NCBI GenBank assembly: GCA_024639325.1 | Contig: JAHEIO010000009.1 | Span: forward strand, 14-64,013 | Direction: 5' to 3' | Origin: Gammaproteobacteria bacterium | GTDB lineage: Bacteria > Pseudomonadota > Gammaproteobacteria > Arenicellales > JAANXG01 | DNA: 64,000 nucleotides | Part shown: one piece after another, positions 1 to 8,466 of the stretch | Layout: each line of letters opens with the position of its first letter | Numbering within the stretch: the stretch's first letter is position 1 | The notes under the pieces: generated by a model | Seen by the model: the letters and a program-made list of their open reading frames with translations, nothing else | Database searches by the model: none | Told to the model about the DNA's origin: nothing | Made by a program: the position numbers and the translations under genes

Positions 1-498
1 CGGCATGTCAAACCTCATTACGTGTACCTCTCGTTGACCAGCGGCATCAAGGTCGGCGTCACCCGCAAGGCACAGATCCCGACCCGCTGGATAGATCAGG
101 GTGCCGTGAAAGCGCTTTTGTTGGCGGAGACCCCCTACCGGCAGGCTGCAGGATTGATAGAGGTGGCCTTGAAGGCGTACATCGCGGATAAGACCAATTG
201 GCGGAACATGCTGAAAAATGTGTTTGCCCACGCCACGTCGCTGGAAGAGGAAAAACTGAGGCTCAAAGAACTGATTCCCGATGAGCTCAAGCAGTATGGT
301 TCCGCGGACGATACGGTCACGTCGATCGATTACCCCGTATTGCACTATCCGGAAAAAGTCACCAGCTTGAAACTCGACAAAGTGCCCGAGATCGAAAAAC
401 AGCTCATCGGGATCAAGGGCCAGTACCTGATCTTCGACGACAATACGGTGATGAATGTGAGAAGCCATGCCGGCTATCAAATAACCCTGGAAGCATAG
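1..498 (+). CDS. DUF2797-like protein (5' end lies upstream of the window)
   Basis: Frame 1 is open from base 1 into the track ORF 22..498, so the gene is cut by the window edge. The segment SGIKVGVTRKAQIPTRWIDQGA recalls the DUF2797 family (memory, not searched). Confidence 0.55.
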   Translation, partial: RHVKPHYVYLSLTSGIKVGVTRKAQIPTRWIDQGAVKALLLAETPYRQAAGLIEVALKAYIADKTNWRNMLKNVFAHATSLEEEKLRLKELIPDELKQYGSADDTVTSIDYPVLHYPEKVTSLKLDKVPEIEKQLIGIKGQYLIFDDNTVMNVRSHAGYQITLEA

Positions 499-615
499 TG
501 CTAATAGTAAGGGGGCACGATACAAAACACCGCTCTGGCGCAAGTGTTCTAAGCTGGTTAAGTATTGTGTCCCCTGTGAATTAAATACTATGAATAACAA
601 TGAAGGACACGGGGC

Positions 616-993
616 ATGAACCAATCAAACTGTATTTTCTGCAATCCGCATTCTGATTGCATTTTTATGACGGAGCAATTGTGCTTCGCACGTTGGGACG
701 GCCACCCTGTCGGCAAAGGCCATGCTCTGATCATCCCGACACGCCACTTCTCCAGCTATTTCGAAGCGACCCTCGAAGAGAGACAGGCGCTTTGGAGTCT
801 TGTCGAGTCCGTGAAAAACCTGATTGTGGAAAAGTACGAGCCCGACGGGTTCAACATCGGCATCAACATCGGGTCCGCGGCGGGGCAGTCGGTCCTGCAT
901 TTGCATATCCATCTCATCCCGCGGTACCAAGGCGATATGCCCAACCCGAAAGGCGGGGTTCGGGGGGTTATTCCGGAGCGGCAAAAGTATTGA
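616..993 (+). CDS. HIT (histidine triad) family protein
   Basis: 125 aa with an N-terminal CIFC motif and the histidine triad HLHIHLIP near the C-terminus. The antisense ORF 625..984 is judged a GC-rich shadow. Confidence 0.9.
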   Translation: MNQSNCIFCNPHSDCIFMTEQLCFARWDGHPVGKGHALIIPTRHFSSYFEATLEERQALWSLVESVKNLIVEKYEPDGFNIGINIGSAAGQSVLHLHIHLIPRYQGDMPNPKGGVRGVIPERQKY

Positions 994-1152
994 ATTTTCC
1001 TAGGCTGAATGAGAAAAGTCGTCAGGAACCATTTCAGGGCTCCGAGGAATTGGATTCAATGCATGATGACGCCGCCGAGCTGGAGCAAGTCTGCCCAATT
1101 TCGGTGACGATTCCGGCGCGGATTCATAGATGCTGTATGTCAAGGGGGCCGC

Positions 1153-1782
1153 ATGATAGTTTCTTTGGTCAAACCGCTCCTAATCGAGATGTTTCCAATG
1201 AAAGACACGAATGACCTGGTGTTGCGCGCAATGCGCCTGGCCGAAAAGGCGCACCGCACCCGAGAGGCCGGGTCTCACTTTCGAAAAGGCCCGGGGAGCG
1301 TGGACAAGCCTTCCTATTTTCTGCACCTGACCGAGGTTGCCTGGATGCTGCAGGATGCCGGATACACCGCGCCGGTGGTGGCTGCGGGGTATCTGCACGA
1401 CGTGATCGAGGACTGTGACTACACCAGGGAGATGCTCGCAGCGGAAATCTCAAACGAGCGCGTGGTGAGTCTGGTGTGTGCGGTCACGGAGCCGGGAATG
1501 CACCAAACGTGGGAGGAGCGCAACGCGGTGTACCTTAAAAATATACGGCATGCGGCGGAGGACGTGCTCGCCCTGTCCTGCGCGGACAAGGCCTCCAACG
1601 TGAACGACATGAACCGGCTGAATGCGGAAGGGCATGCGGTCGGGGCGTTCACCAGCCGCGGCCACTCGAGCCAGCTCGGCAAGTTCGTCAGCCTGGATCG
1701 GGTGTACCGGGGAAAGGTGGCTGAATCCATTTACACGCGATACAGAGTGGCCCTGAATACGTTCGAAAGTTCGGGTTATTGA
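1153..1782 (+). CDS. HD-domain phosphohydrolase, RelA/SpoT-type hydrolase-like
   Basis: H...HD pattern (HLTEVAWML, AAGYLHDVIED). The ADKASN segment sits where SpoT-type hydrolase domains carry ADRLHN (memory-based). Start uncertain: ATG at 1153, 1189 or 1198. Confidence 0.7.
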   Translation: MIVSLVKPLLIEMFPMKDTNDLVLRAMRLAEKAHRTREAGSHFRKGPGSVDKPSYFLHLTEVAWMLQDAGYTAPVVAAGYLHDVIEDCDYTREMLAAEISNERVVSLVCAVTEPGMHQTWEERNAVYLKNIRHAAEDVLALSCADKASNVNDMNRLNAEGHAVGAFTSRGHSSQLGKFVSLDRVYRGKVAESIYTRYRVALNTFESSGY

Positions 1783-1920
1783 CTCATTTTGAAGCCAGAA
1801 CATGCGTTCCGTTTTCGCTTTGTAAATGCATATTTCACCCATTTGGGTGAGGATATTTTTGGATTTCAATGGTAGCTTTCATCGTACCTGTAATCTGTCT
1901 GAATCCATGGAGGGATAAGG

Positions 1921-3171
1921 ATGCATGGCCGAACATCGAATTGGCAACGGAATGCAACGAGGACGATCATTTTTCTTGGTTTGATTGCGGCGCTGGGTCA
2001 TGGATTCATCGATGACGCCGGTGCAGATATCGAAGTTTGGGGATGTCAACTCCCGCGAGAAGACTACCTGGCATTTGGCACGGAAAGCACGGGCGCGGAA
2101 ACCTGTGCATACGCGCATGTGCAAAGATTCGCTTCAGAAAAGCCGGATCCATGCATTGATGTTTATGGTCTCCCCGTTGAATATTGCGAGCGTAATTATC
2201 ATTCCGAGTGGTTGCATCACTATTTATGTATAAGGCGCTACTTCAGTTGCGAGGATGACACTTACCGAAGTACATCTTTACTTGACCAATGGACATATCA
2301 ATATCTTGGAAAAGCATGTTCCGACGCAAGCGTCATCGATCTGCTTACCGGGGAATGTAACTGTCCCGCTGGCACACTCTTGAAGCGCGGGCAATGTATC
2401 GTTCCGCCAGCCTGTGAGAATTCGGGCTCGGCTGTGGGAAACCCCTGTGATGCGGCAACAGGCAACAAGTACCAGGTGGAAACCGACTATTCGGTGAGCG
2501 ATACGGGCATTGACCTGACGCGGTCCTATCACAGTGCCCAGCGGCAGGATTTTGGTTTCGGTACCGGCTGGACGGCCGGATTTGTCAAAAAGCTCCTGAT
2601 CGATGGCGACAATCTGTTGATTCAGAGTGGTGCAGGCTGGCAGGACCCGTTCACCAGGCAGGGAGGCGAATGGCAAGGCGACCCGGATTCGGAATTCATC
2701 CTCGTGGAGGATGAAGGATTCACCCTGCAACTAAGGAACGGCGATACGGAAGAATACGACTATACCGGCAAACTTGTTTTTGAAAAGAGCGCGTCGGGCC
2801 TGACGACCATGTACCAATACGATGGGGAAGGCCGCGTGGCGGGAGTCACGGGTCCGTTCGGCCACACCCTGTCATTGACGTATGACGACAGCGGACACAT
2901 CGAGGCCGCGACGGTGCCGGGTAATCTGGTTTATCGCTATACCTATGAAAACAACAATCTTGCGAGGGTAGAGTATCCGGATGGCACATCCAGAATCTAT
3001 CACTACGAGGATACCGATCATCCCCACGCCCTCACCGGAATCACGGATGCCAATGGAGACCGGTTTGCGACCTTTGCCTACGACAGCGAGGGGCGTGCGA
3101 TAACGACCGAGCATGCTCAAACAGACAACAACTCACCGCAGGAGTCGTATCATTTGCGGTACGATCAATGA
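1921..3171 (+). CDS. RHS/YD-repeat protein, N-terminal fragment only
   Basis: GGAGGG (1909-1914) lies 6 nt before ATG 1921. The N-terminus is signal-like and there are 12 Cys in the first ~175 aa. Then come GNPCDAATGNKYQVETDY and repeated YD units (YDYTGKL, YQYDGEGRV, TYDDSGH, YTYENNNL, FAYDSEGR). The ORF stops after 416 aa with no RHS core or toxin domain. Confidence 0.8.
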   Translation: MHGRTSNWQRNATRTIIFLGLIAALGHGFIDDAGADIEVWGCQLPREDYLAFGTESTGAETCAYAHVQRFASEKPDPCIDVYGLPVEYCERNYHSEWLHHYLCIRRYFSCEDDTYRSTSLLDQWTYQYLGKACSDASVIDLLTGECNCPAGTLLKRGQCIVPPACENSGSAVGNPCDAATGNKYQVETDYSVSDTGIDLTRSYHSAQRQDFGFGTGWTAGFVKKLLIDGDNLLIQSGAGWQDPFTRQGGEWQGDPDSEFILVEDEGFTLQLRNGDTEEYDYTGKLVFEKSASGLTTMYQYDGEGRVAGVTGPFGHTLSLTYDDSGHIEAATVPGNLVYRYTYENNNLARVEYPDGTSRIYHYEDTDHPHALTGITDANGDRFATFAYDSEGRAITTEHAQTDNNSPQESYHLRYDQ

Positions 3172-3255
3172 GGAATGAGGCGCACTAAATACCCCACGTC
3201 CGGATATTAGCCCTCTAACGGTAGCCGTTCTCGGTATTGTCAGGTAGTGTTTCGT

Positions 3256-3534
3256 CTACTCTGACTTATTGAACAGGGCGGTGTCTTCCGCCTCTTCGAG
3301 TATCGTAACGGCCTGCTCGAAGGCTTTCACCGCCTCTTCGGTCTTGCCCTGGCTGAGCGCTTCGTTGCCCTGGTTCGTGAAGTTGGCCAGTTGTTCCTTT
3401 TTCTCATCGGTCATCGGATAGTTTTTTTCGGTCAACTCTTCGATTTGACTGGCCAGGGACTGCGGATCACTACTCCCGCAACCGGCCGCCAGCGTGATGG
3501 CGGCCGCGATTACAACAGCGACTAGTTTATTCAT
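3256..3534 (-). CDS. small lipoprotein, unknown function
   Basis: MNKLVAVVIAAAITLAAGC has a signal peptide plus lipobox (LAAG|C). ATG at 3534 is preferred over the GTG at 3546. The rest is a charged helical region. Confidence 0.6.
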   Translation of the reverse strand: MNKLVAVVIAAAITLAAGCGSSDPQSLASQIEELTEKNYPMTDEKKEQLANFTNQGNEALSQGKTEEAVKAFEQAVTILEEAEDTALFNKSE

Positions 3535-3654
3535 GTCGATTTCCACTCTTGTGTTATTGAATTCCTGAAATAGTCTGCGATTTTAAGGTAAAACTTGTGG
3601 TTTTGTATCCTGGTATTTCCAACGTATCCGCCGGTCGGTTTAAAATCGAAAGCT

Positions 3655-4407
3655 ATGCCTCCGTATAAACCGCAGCGCAGCCGAAATCTTTTCGATTCCG
3701 CGAGTGACAGGCCGTTCAAGTTGTCGCGTTCCAAGATCGATCTCTATCTGAACTGCCCGCGCTGTTTTTACATCGACCGGGTATTGGGCACGGGGCAGCC
3801 GCCGGGTTTTCCTTTCAATCTGAATTCCGCCGTGGATCATCTGCTCAAGAAAGAGTTCGATCATTATCGTGCGCTGGGTGAGCCGCACCCGCTGATGGTG
3901 GAATACGACGTCGATGCGATCCCTTATCAGCATGCGTCCCTCGACGAGTGGCGGGAGAATTTCAAGGGTGTTCAAGTGCTGCACGATCCGACCAACCTGC
4001 GCTTGACCGGCGCGGTGGACGATGTGTGGATCAACCCGGCGGGGGAGCTGATCGTGGTCGACTACAAGTCGACCAGCAAGAACGGCGAAATCACCCTCGA
4101 TGCGGCCTGGCAGATCGGTTACCGGCGGCAGATGGAGTTCTATCAATGGCTGCTGCGGTGCAAGGGGTTCCAGGTATCGAGCACGGGATACTTCGTCTAT
4201 GCCAACGGGGACAAAGGCAAGCCGGGATTCAACAATCGACTCGAATTCATAACCAAGTTGATACCATACGAGGGGAACGATGCCTGGGTGGAACCGGCTC
4301 TTCATGCGGTGCGTGCGTGTCTGGTCGCGGATCACATCCCGGCACCGGGCGAGGACTGTGACTATTGTGCGTTTCAAAGGGCGGTTCAGGCGCACCTGGA
4401 TACATGA
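3655..4407 (+). CDS. PD-(D/E)XK nuclease family protein with Cas4/AddB-like 4-Cys pattern
   Basis: CPRC near the N-terminus and CDYC near the C-terminus, with a VVDYKS core motif. Start taken at MPPYK (ATG 3655) rather than the track start 3595. Confidence 0.75.
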   Translation: MPPYKPQRSRNLFDSASDRPFKLSRSKIDLYLNCPRCFYIDRVLGTGQPPGFPFNLNSAVDHLLKKEFDHYRALGEPHPLMVEYDVDAIPYQHASLDEWRENFKGVQVLHDPTNLRLTGAVDDVWINPAGELIVVDYKSTSKNGEITLDAAWQIGYRRQMEFYQWLLRCKGFQVSSTGYFVYANGDKGKPGFNNRLEFITKLIPYEGNDAWVEPALHAVRACLVADHIPAPGEDCDYCAFQRAVQAHLDT

Positions 4408-4495
4408 CCCGGGTGCGTATCCTTACCGCCGGTATTGTGCTCAGATTGATCTGAGTCATGCCACATTTCCGGCCGGTGGGTAAGATTGTTGTCAA

Positions 4496-5056
4496 ATGAC
4501 AGCCGAGACCCGGTCGATGACGCCTGACGTTTTAAGAAATAGGTTCCCCGCTCTGGAAAAAGTGGCGGACGAGGCGCTCGAGCTCCTGCTTCGAACGGTT
4601 TCCGAGATCGAACTCGACTCTGGGGATCAGGTCATTTCGTCCGGGATCGAGAACGATACGATGTACTTCATTTGCGCCGGCCGCGTCAGGGTCAGTCTGG
4701 AGTCCGCGGATGAGTGCGTAATCCTGGGTGATTTCGGACCCGGCCAGTGGATCGGAGAGATGGGCATGATTCAGCCCGCCCCCGCCGCGGCGAGCGTGGT
4801 GGCGCTCGATGGCTGCGTCCTGCTCAGCTTGTCGCATGACGAGTTCATCGAACTGCGGCGAAGCTCACCGGCATTGACCAGCGTTCTCCTGCAAATGTTG
4901 TGCCGAGACCTGTCTGCGCGGCTGCACAAGACGGTTGCATTTATCGACAACGAAAAAATCGAGGGAGACTCGGATCCGGCCGCAGCGGTTGCACGAACGT
5001 CCCTGATCGAAGTCGCCAAAAGCCTGCTCGGCATAGCCGCCCGCAGTGGAGCCTGA
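4496..5056 (+). CDS. cyclic nucleotide-binding domain protein (no DNA-binding or effector domain seen)
   Basis: 186 aa with CAP_ED-like beta-roll segments (MYFICAGRVRVSL, GQWIGEMGMI). No HTH-like C-terminus. Confidence 0.75.
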   Translation: MTAETRSMTPDVLRNRFPALEKVADEALELLLRTVSEIELDSGDQVISSGIENDTMYFICAGRVRVSLESADECVILGDFGPGQWIGEMGMIQPAPAAASVVALDGCVLLSLSHDEFIELRRSSPALTSVLLQMLCRDLSARLHKTVAFIDNEKIEGDSDPAAAVARTSLIEVAKSLLGIAARSGA

Positions 5057-5058
5057 AT

Positions 5059-5544
5059 ATGGATCTGCCTGAATTCCTGCGCACCAACCCGGCCTTCGAG
5101 GGGTTTACCCAATCCGACATCACCGTGCTCGAACGGGCATTGCGCGTGGACCGGTTCCCGGCCAACCACGTGCTGTTGAGAGAAGGGAAGAAAGGCCACG
5201 AATTTTACATTTTGATGGACGGGCAGGTTCGGGTGTCTCACACGCACAAATCCGGTCGCGGTTTCGATGACCTCGGGGTATTGACCGCGGGCGATGTGTT
5301 CGGTCTGCAGTCGCTGATCGACGACCGGCGGAGATACTCCACCTGCCGCACGCTCACGCCGGTGGTCGTGGCGTCGCTGCCGAAGCCGGCCTTCGAACTG
5401 CTCTACAACCAGCACACCGAACTGGCGGAACATTTCCAGTACCTGGTGGCGGGCCAACTGGTGCGTGATCTGCGACGCCTGGACCGTGGCATCGTGGCTT
5501 CAGTGCACGCAGGAGAAGTCGACCCGCTGACGCACGTTCTTTAG
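5059..5544 (+). CDS. cyclic nucleotide-binding domain protein (second, stand-alone)
   Basis: ATG 5059 lies 2 nt after the previous stop. The 161 aa include FEGFTQSDITVLE, EFYILMDGQVRV and GDVFGLQSL, typical of cNMP-binding folds. The track ORF start 4900 is rejected because it overlaps the upstream gene. Confidence 0.75.
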   Translation: MDLPEFLRTNPAFEGFTQSDITVLERALRVDRFPANHVLLREGKKGHEFYILMDGQVRVSHTHKSGRGFDDLGVLTAGDVFGLQSLIDDRRRYSTCRTLTPVVVASLPKPAFELLYNQHTELAEHFQYLVAGQLVRDLRRLDRGIVASVHAGEVDPLTHVL

Positions 5545-5584
5545 CCCGCATATTGCACCGGTATCCCGGTGCAATATGCGGGCT
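5543..5584. terminator. perfect 19-bp stem-loop between convergent genes (putative bidirectional terminator / REP-like hairpin)
   Basis: agcccgcatattgcaccgg - tatc - ccggtgcaatatgcgggct. The arms are exact reverse complements. It starts inside the TAG stop of 5059..5544 and lies about 100 nt past the stop of the convergent ABC ATPase. There is no long U tract. Confidence 0.6.
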
Positions 5585-5682
5585 TGGTCATCTCGTCGCC
5601 CGCGAACGCGCTCAACGGCGTGGGCAGGGGCGAGAACGTGTTTGTCTCGTGCTGTACGAGGGCGACTACGCAGCGCATGGGG

Positions 5683-6660
5683 CTATCCTCGAGGGTAGTG
5701 GCAGGTGAGGGTGTGCGCGCCGCTGACGGTAAAGAGGGGAGGCGGGTTGGTGTCGCAGCCATCGCCGACAAAAGGGCAGCGGGTGTGGAACTCGCACCCT
5801 CCGGGTCGGTCCATCAGGCTTGGCACCTCGCCCTTCAGTTCGATGCGGCTGATTGCCGCGTCCGGGTCGGGTTCGGGGTTGGCCGAGAGCAGGGCCAGGG
5901 TGTAGGGGTGTCTCGGCTGCTCGAAGATATCGTCGGTGGGACCCAGTTCGACGAAGCGGCCCAGGTACATAATGGCGGTGTGGTCGGAGATGTGCCGCAC
6001 GATATTGAGATTGTGGGTGATGATGAACATGGCCACGCCGAGTTCGTCCTGCAGCCGGTTCAGCAGATTCAGGATCTCACCCTGCACCGAGACGTCCAGC
6101 CCGGCGGTAGGTTCGTCGGCGATGATCAGTTTCGGATTCAACGCAAGCGCCCTCGCTACGCCGACCCGGCGCGCCTGGCCGCCGCTCAGCTGATGGGGGT
6201 AGCGCGTCGAAAACTCCCGCGGCAGACCGACCATCTTGAGCAGCCGCGCACACTCGGCCTTGAGATCGCGCTCCGCCAGTTTGTGGATCTTGTAGGGCTC
6301 GGTGATCAGCGACCCGACGCTGAGGCGCGGGCTCAATGACCCCACCGGGTTCTGCCACATGAAAGAGATCTGTTTGCGGTAGGCCTGAAGCGCGGCGTGA
6401 TCCATGGTGGTGACCTCGGCGCCGCCAAACCTGACAGAGCCTTCCTCGGCGGGCAGCAGACCGGCGACCGCCAGTGCCAGCGTCGATTTGCCGGATCCGC
6501 TTTCGCCGACCAGGGTGAAGGTTTCGCCTTCCAAGATTGCGAACGAGGCGTCACGTACGGCATCGATGAACGGGTCTTCGATTCCCTGCACGAGCGCCTG
6601 AAAATTGGACTTCACGCGGAAGCGCACGCGCACGTTCTTGACCTCGAGGACGTCAGTCAT
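5683..6660 (-). CDS. peptide/opine-type ABC transporter ATP-binding protein (DppF/OppF-like)
   Basis: Walker A GESGSGKST, signature LSGGQARR, Walker B LIIADEPT. There is a C-terminal extension typical of Dpp/Opp ATPases. The start overlaps the upstream stop by 8 nt. Confidence 0.9.
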   Translation of the reverse strand: MTDVLEVKNVRVRFRVKSNFQALVQGIEDPFIDAVRDASFAILEGETFTLVGESGSGKSTLALAVAGLLPAEEGSVRFGGAEVTTMDHAALQAYRKQISFMWQNPVGSLSPRLSVGSLITEPYKIHKLAERDLKAECARLLKMVGLPREFSTRYPHQLSGGQARRVGVARALALNPKLIIADEPTAGLDVSVQGEILNLLNRLQDELGVAMFIITHNLNIVRHISDHTAIMYLGRFVELGPTDDIFEQPRHPYTLALLSANPEPDPDAAISRIELKGEVPSLMDRPGGCEFHTRCPFVGDGCDTNPPPLFTVSGAHTLTCHYPRG

Positions 6661-7633
6661 TGCCGGGTTTGGCTGCGAGGTGGCAGCTGACGAAGTGTCC
6701 GGAGTGGGACTCGATCCACGCTGGTACCAAGTGTTCGCACTGCGTCATGACGTGCTCACAGCGGTTCTTGAAGATGCAGCCTTGCGGAAGCGTAACCAGG
6801 TCGGGGATCTCGCCCGGGATGGTCGGCAGTGACCGGGTCTTGGTGGCGATGCTGGCCGGGTCGCAGCGCAGCAGTCTTTCCGTGTAAGGATGTGCGGGGT
6901 TGTGAAACACCTCGCGCGTGGTGCCTTCTTCAACCACCTCGCCCGCGTACATTACCACCACGTAGTCGCAGAGCTCGGCGATGACGCCGAGGTGGTGCGA
7001 GATGAAGAGGATGGAGCATCCGATGTCGGTCTGCAGTTTTTTCAGCAGGTGGATGATTTGCACTTCGAGGGTGGCGTCGAGTGCGGTGGTGGGCTCGTCC
7101 GCGATGAGCAGCGCGGGTTCGGCCTGCAGGGCCATGGCAATGGAAATGCGCTGCTGCATGCCCCCGGAGAACTCGTGGGGAAACTGCTTGAGGCGGCTGC
7201 CGGGGTCGGAGATGCCGACACTGGCCAGCATCTCGGTCGCGCGTTTGATCTTATGCGCACGGGACGCACTGCTGCGGTACTGGATGTCCACCATCTGGCG
7301 GCCGATGGACAGCACCGGATTCAAGGTGGACATCGGATCCTGGAACACGATGGAGATGCGGTCGCCGCGGAGCCGGCGCATTTCTTCCCGGGAGAGGCCC
7401 AGCAGGTCGCGGCCCTCGAAGGTGATGCTGCCGCACGGGATAATCGCGTTGGATGCGAGCAGCCGGATGATGGAGGAGATCAGCGTCGACTTGCCGCAGC
7501 CGCTTTCACCGACGACGCCGACAATGGACCCGCCCGGCACATCCATGTTCACGTGCCGCATCGCCTTCAGTTCGCCGCGGTCGGTGTGGTAGTGCACCGA
7601 CAGATCCCGAATGGTGAGGAGCGCGTCGTTCAA
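6653..7633 (-). CDS. peptide/opine-type ABC transporter ATP-binding protein (DppD/OppD-like)
   Basis: Walker A GESGCGKST, signature FSGGMQQR, Walker B LLIADEPT. The TTG start overlaps the upstream stop (TTGA). Confidence 0.9.
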   Translation of the reverse strand: MNDALLTIRDLSVHYHTDRGELKAMRHVNMDVPGGSIVGVVGESGCGKSTLISSIIRLLASNAIIPCGSITFEGRDLLGLSREEMRRLRGDRISIVFQDPMSTLNPVLSIGRQMVDIQYRSSASRAHKIKRATEMLASVGISDPGSRLKQFPHEFSGGMQQRISIAMALQAEPALLIADEPTTALDATLEVQIIHLLKKLQTDIGCSILFISHHLGVIAELCDYVVVMYAGEVVEEGTTREVFHNPAHPYTERLLRCDPASIATKTRSLPTIPGEIPDLVTLPQGCIFKNRCEHVMTQCEHLVPAWIESHSGHFVSCHLAAKPGND

Positions 7634-8466
7634 ATATTCTTCCTGAGCTTGGGGTCGATGAGGTCGCGCAGCGATTCCCCGAGAAATGTAAAGCCCAGGG
7701 TAATCAGCACCAGGGGAATGCTTCCCGCGATGATGGGCCAGGGCGTGTTGCGGATGAGGGTGTAGCCGTCATTGAGGATGCTGCCCCAGGACGGCGTGGG
7801 CGGCTTGACTCCCATGCCCAGAAAACTCAGGCCTGCCTCCAGCGCGATGACGGTGGGGATGTCCATGGACGCGAGGATCATCAGCGGACCGATTACATTG
7901 GGCAATACGTGCACACCGAGAATGCGCACCATCGAAGCGCCCATGGCCCGCTCCGCCTTGATGAACTCGTTGGACCTGATCGACAGAGTCTGCGTGCGTA
8001 CAACCCGGCCGTAGTTGGGGATGGTCGTCACCACGATGACGGCGATGACGGTTTCCAGCGAAGGGCCCACCAGCGCCACCGTGGCGAGCGCGAACATCAC
8101 GGTGGGGAAGGAGCGGATGGTGTCGAAGAACAGCATGATGATGTTGTCCAGCCAGCGCGGTCCGAACCCGGCGATCATGCCAAACAACACGCCGACGCCG
8201 AGGGCGGCGCCGATGGAGATCAGCGCCACCTTGAGCGCGACCTGACCGCCGTAAAGCACCCGCGAGAAGAGATCGCGCCCGAGCTGGTCTGTGCCGAGCA
8301 GGTGGGCGGCCGATGGGCCCTGCAGTCGGTCGACAATGCGCAGTTCGATGGGGTCGTAGGGCGCGATGACGCCGGCAAGCAGCGCACTGATCACGATCAG
8401 CACGACCAGGACGAGCCCGATCATGCCGAGCGGCTCGCGGGTTATTCGCCGCAGGATGTCGATCAC
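7630..8466 (-). CDS. ABC transporter permease (DppC/OppC-like)
   Basis: Multi-TM protein with a RRITREPLGMIGLVLV...APYDP N-terminus typical of DppC. I prefer the GTG at 8466, which forms a GTGA overlap with the upstream stop. The track start 8496 would give a 34-nt overlap. Confidence 0.85.
   Translation of the reverse strand: MIDILRRITREPLGMIGLVLVVLIVISALLAGVIAPYDPIELRIVDRLQGPSAAHLLGTDQLGRDLFSRVLYGGQVALKVALISIGAALGVGVLFGMIAGFGPRWLDNIIMLFFDTIRSFPTVMFALATVALVGPSLETVIAVIVVTTIPNYGRVVRTQTLSIRSNEFIKAERAMGASMVRILGVHVLPNVIGPLMILASMDIPTVIALEAGLSFLGMGVKPPTPSWGSILNDGYTLIRNTPWPIIAGSIPLVLITLGFTFLGESLRDLIDPKLRKNI

Noticed and set aside
3655-5544. Cas4-like nuclease plus cNMP-binding proteins as a CBASS/Pycsar-like cyclic-nucleotide defence system.
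   Set aside because: No nucleotide cyclase, CD-NTase or recognisable effector (TIR, patatin, TM pore) is adjacent. The association may be coincidental.
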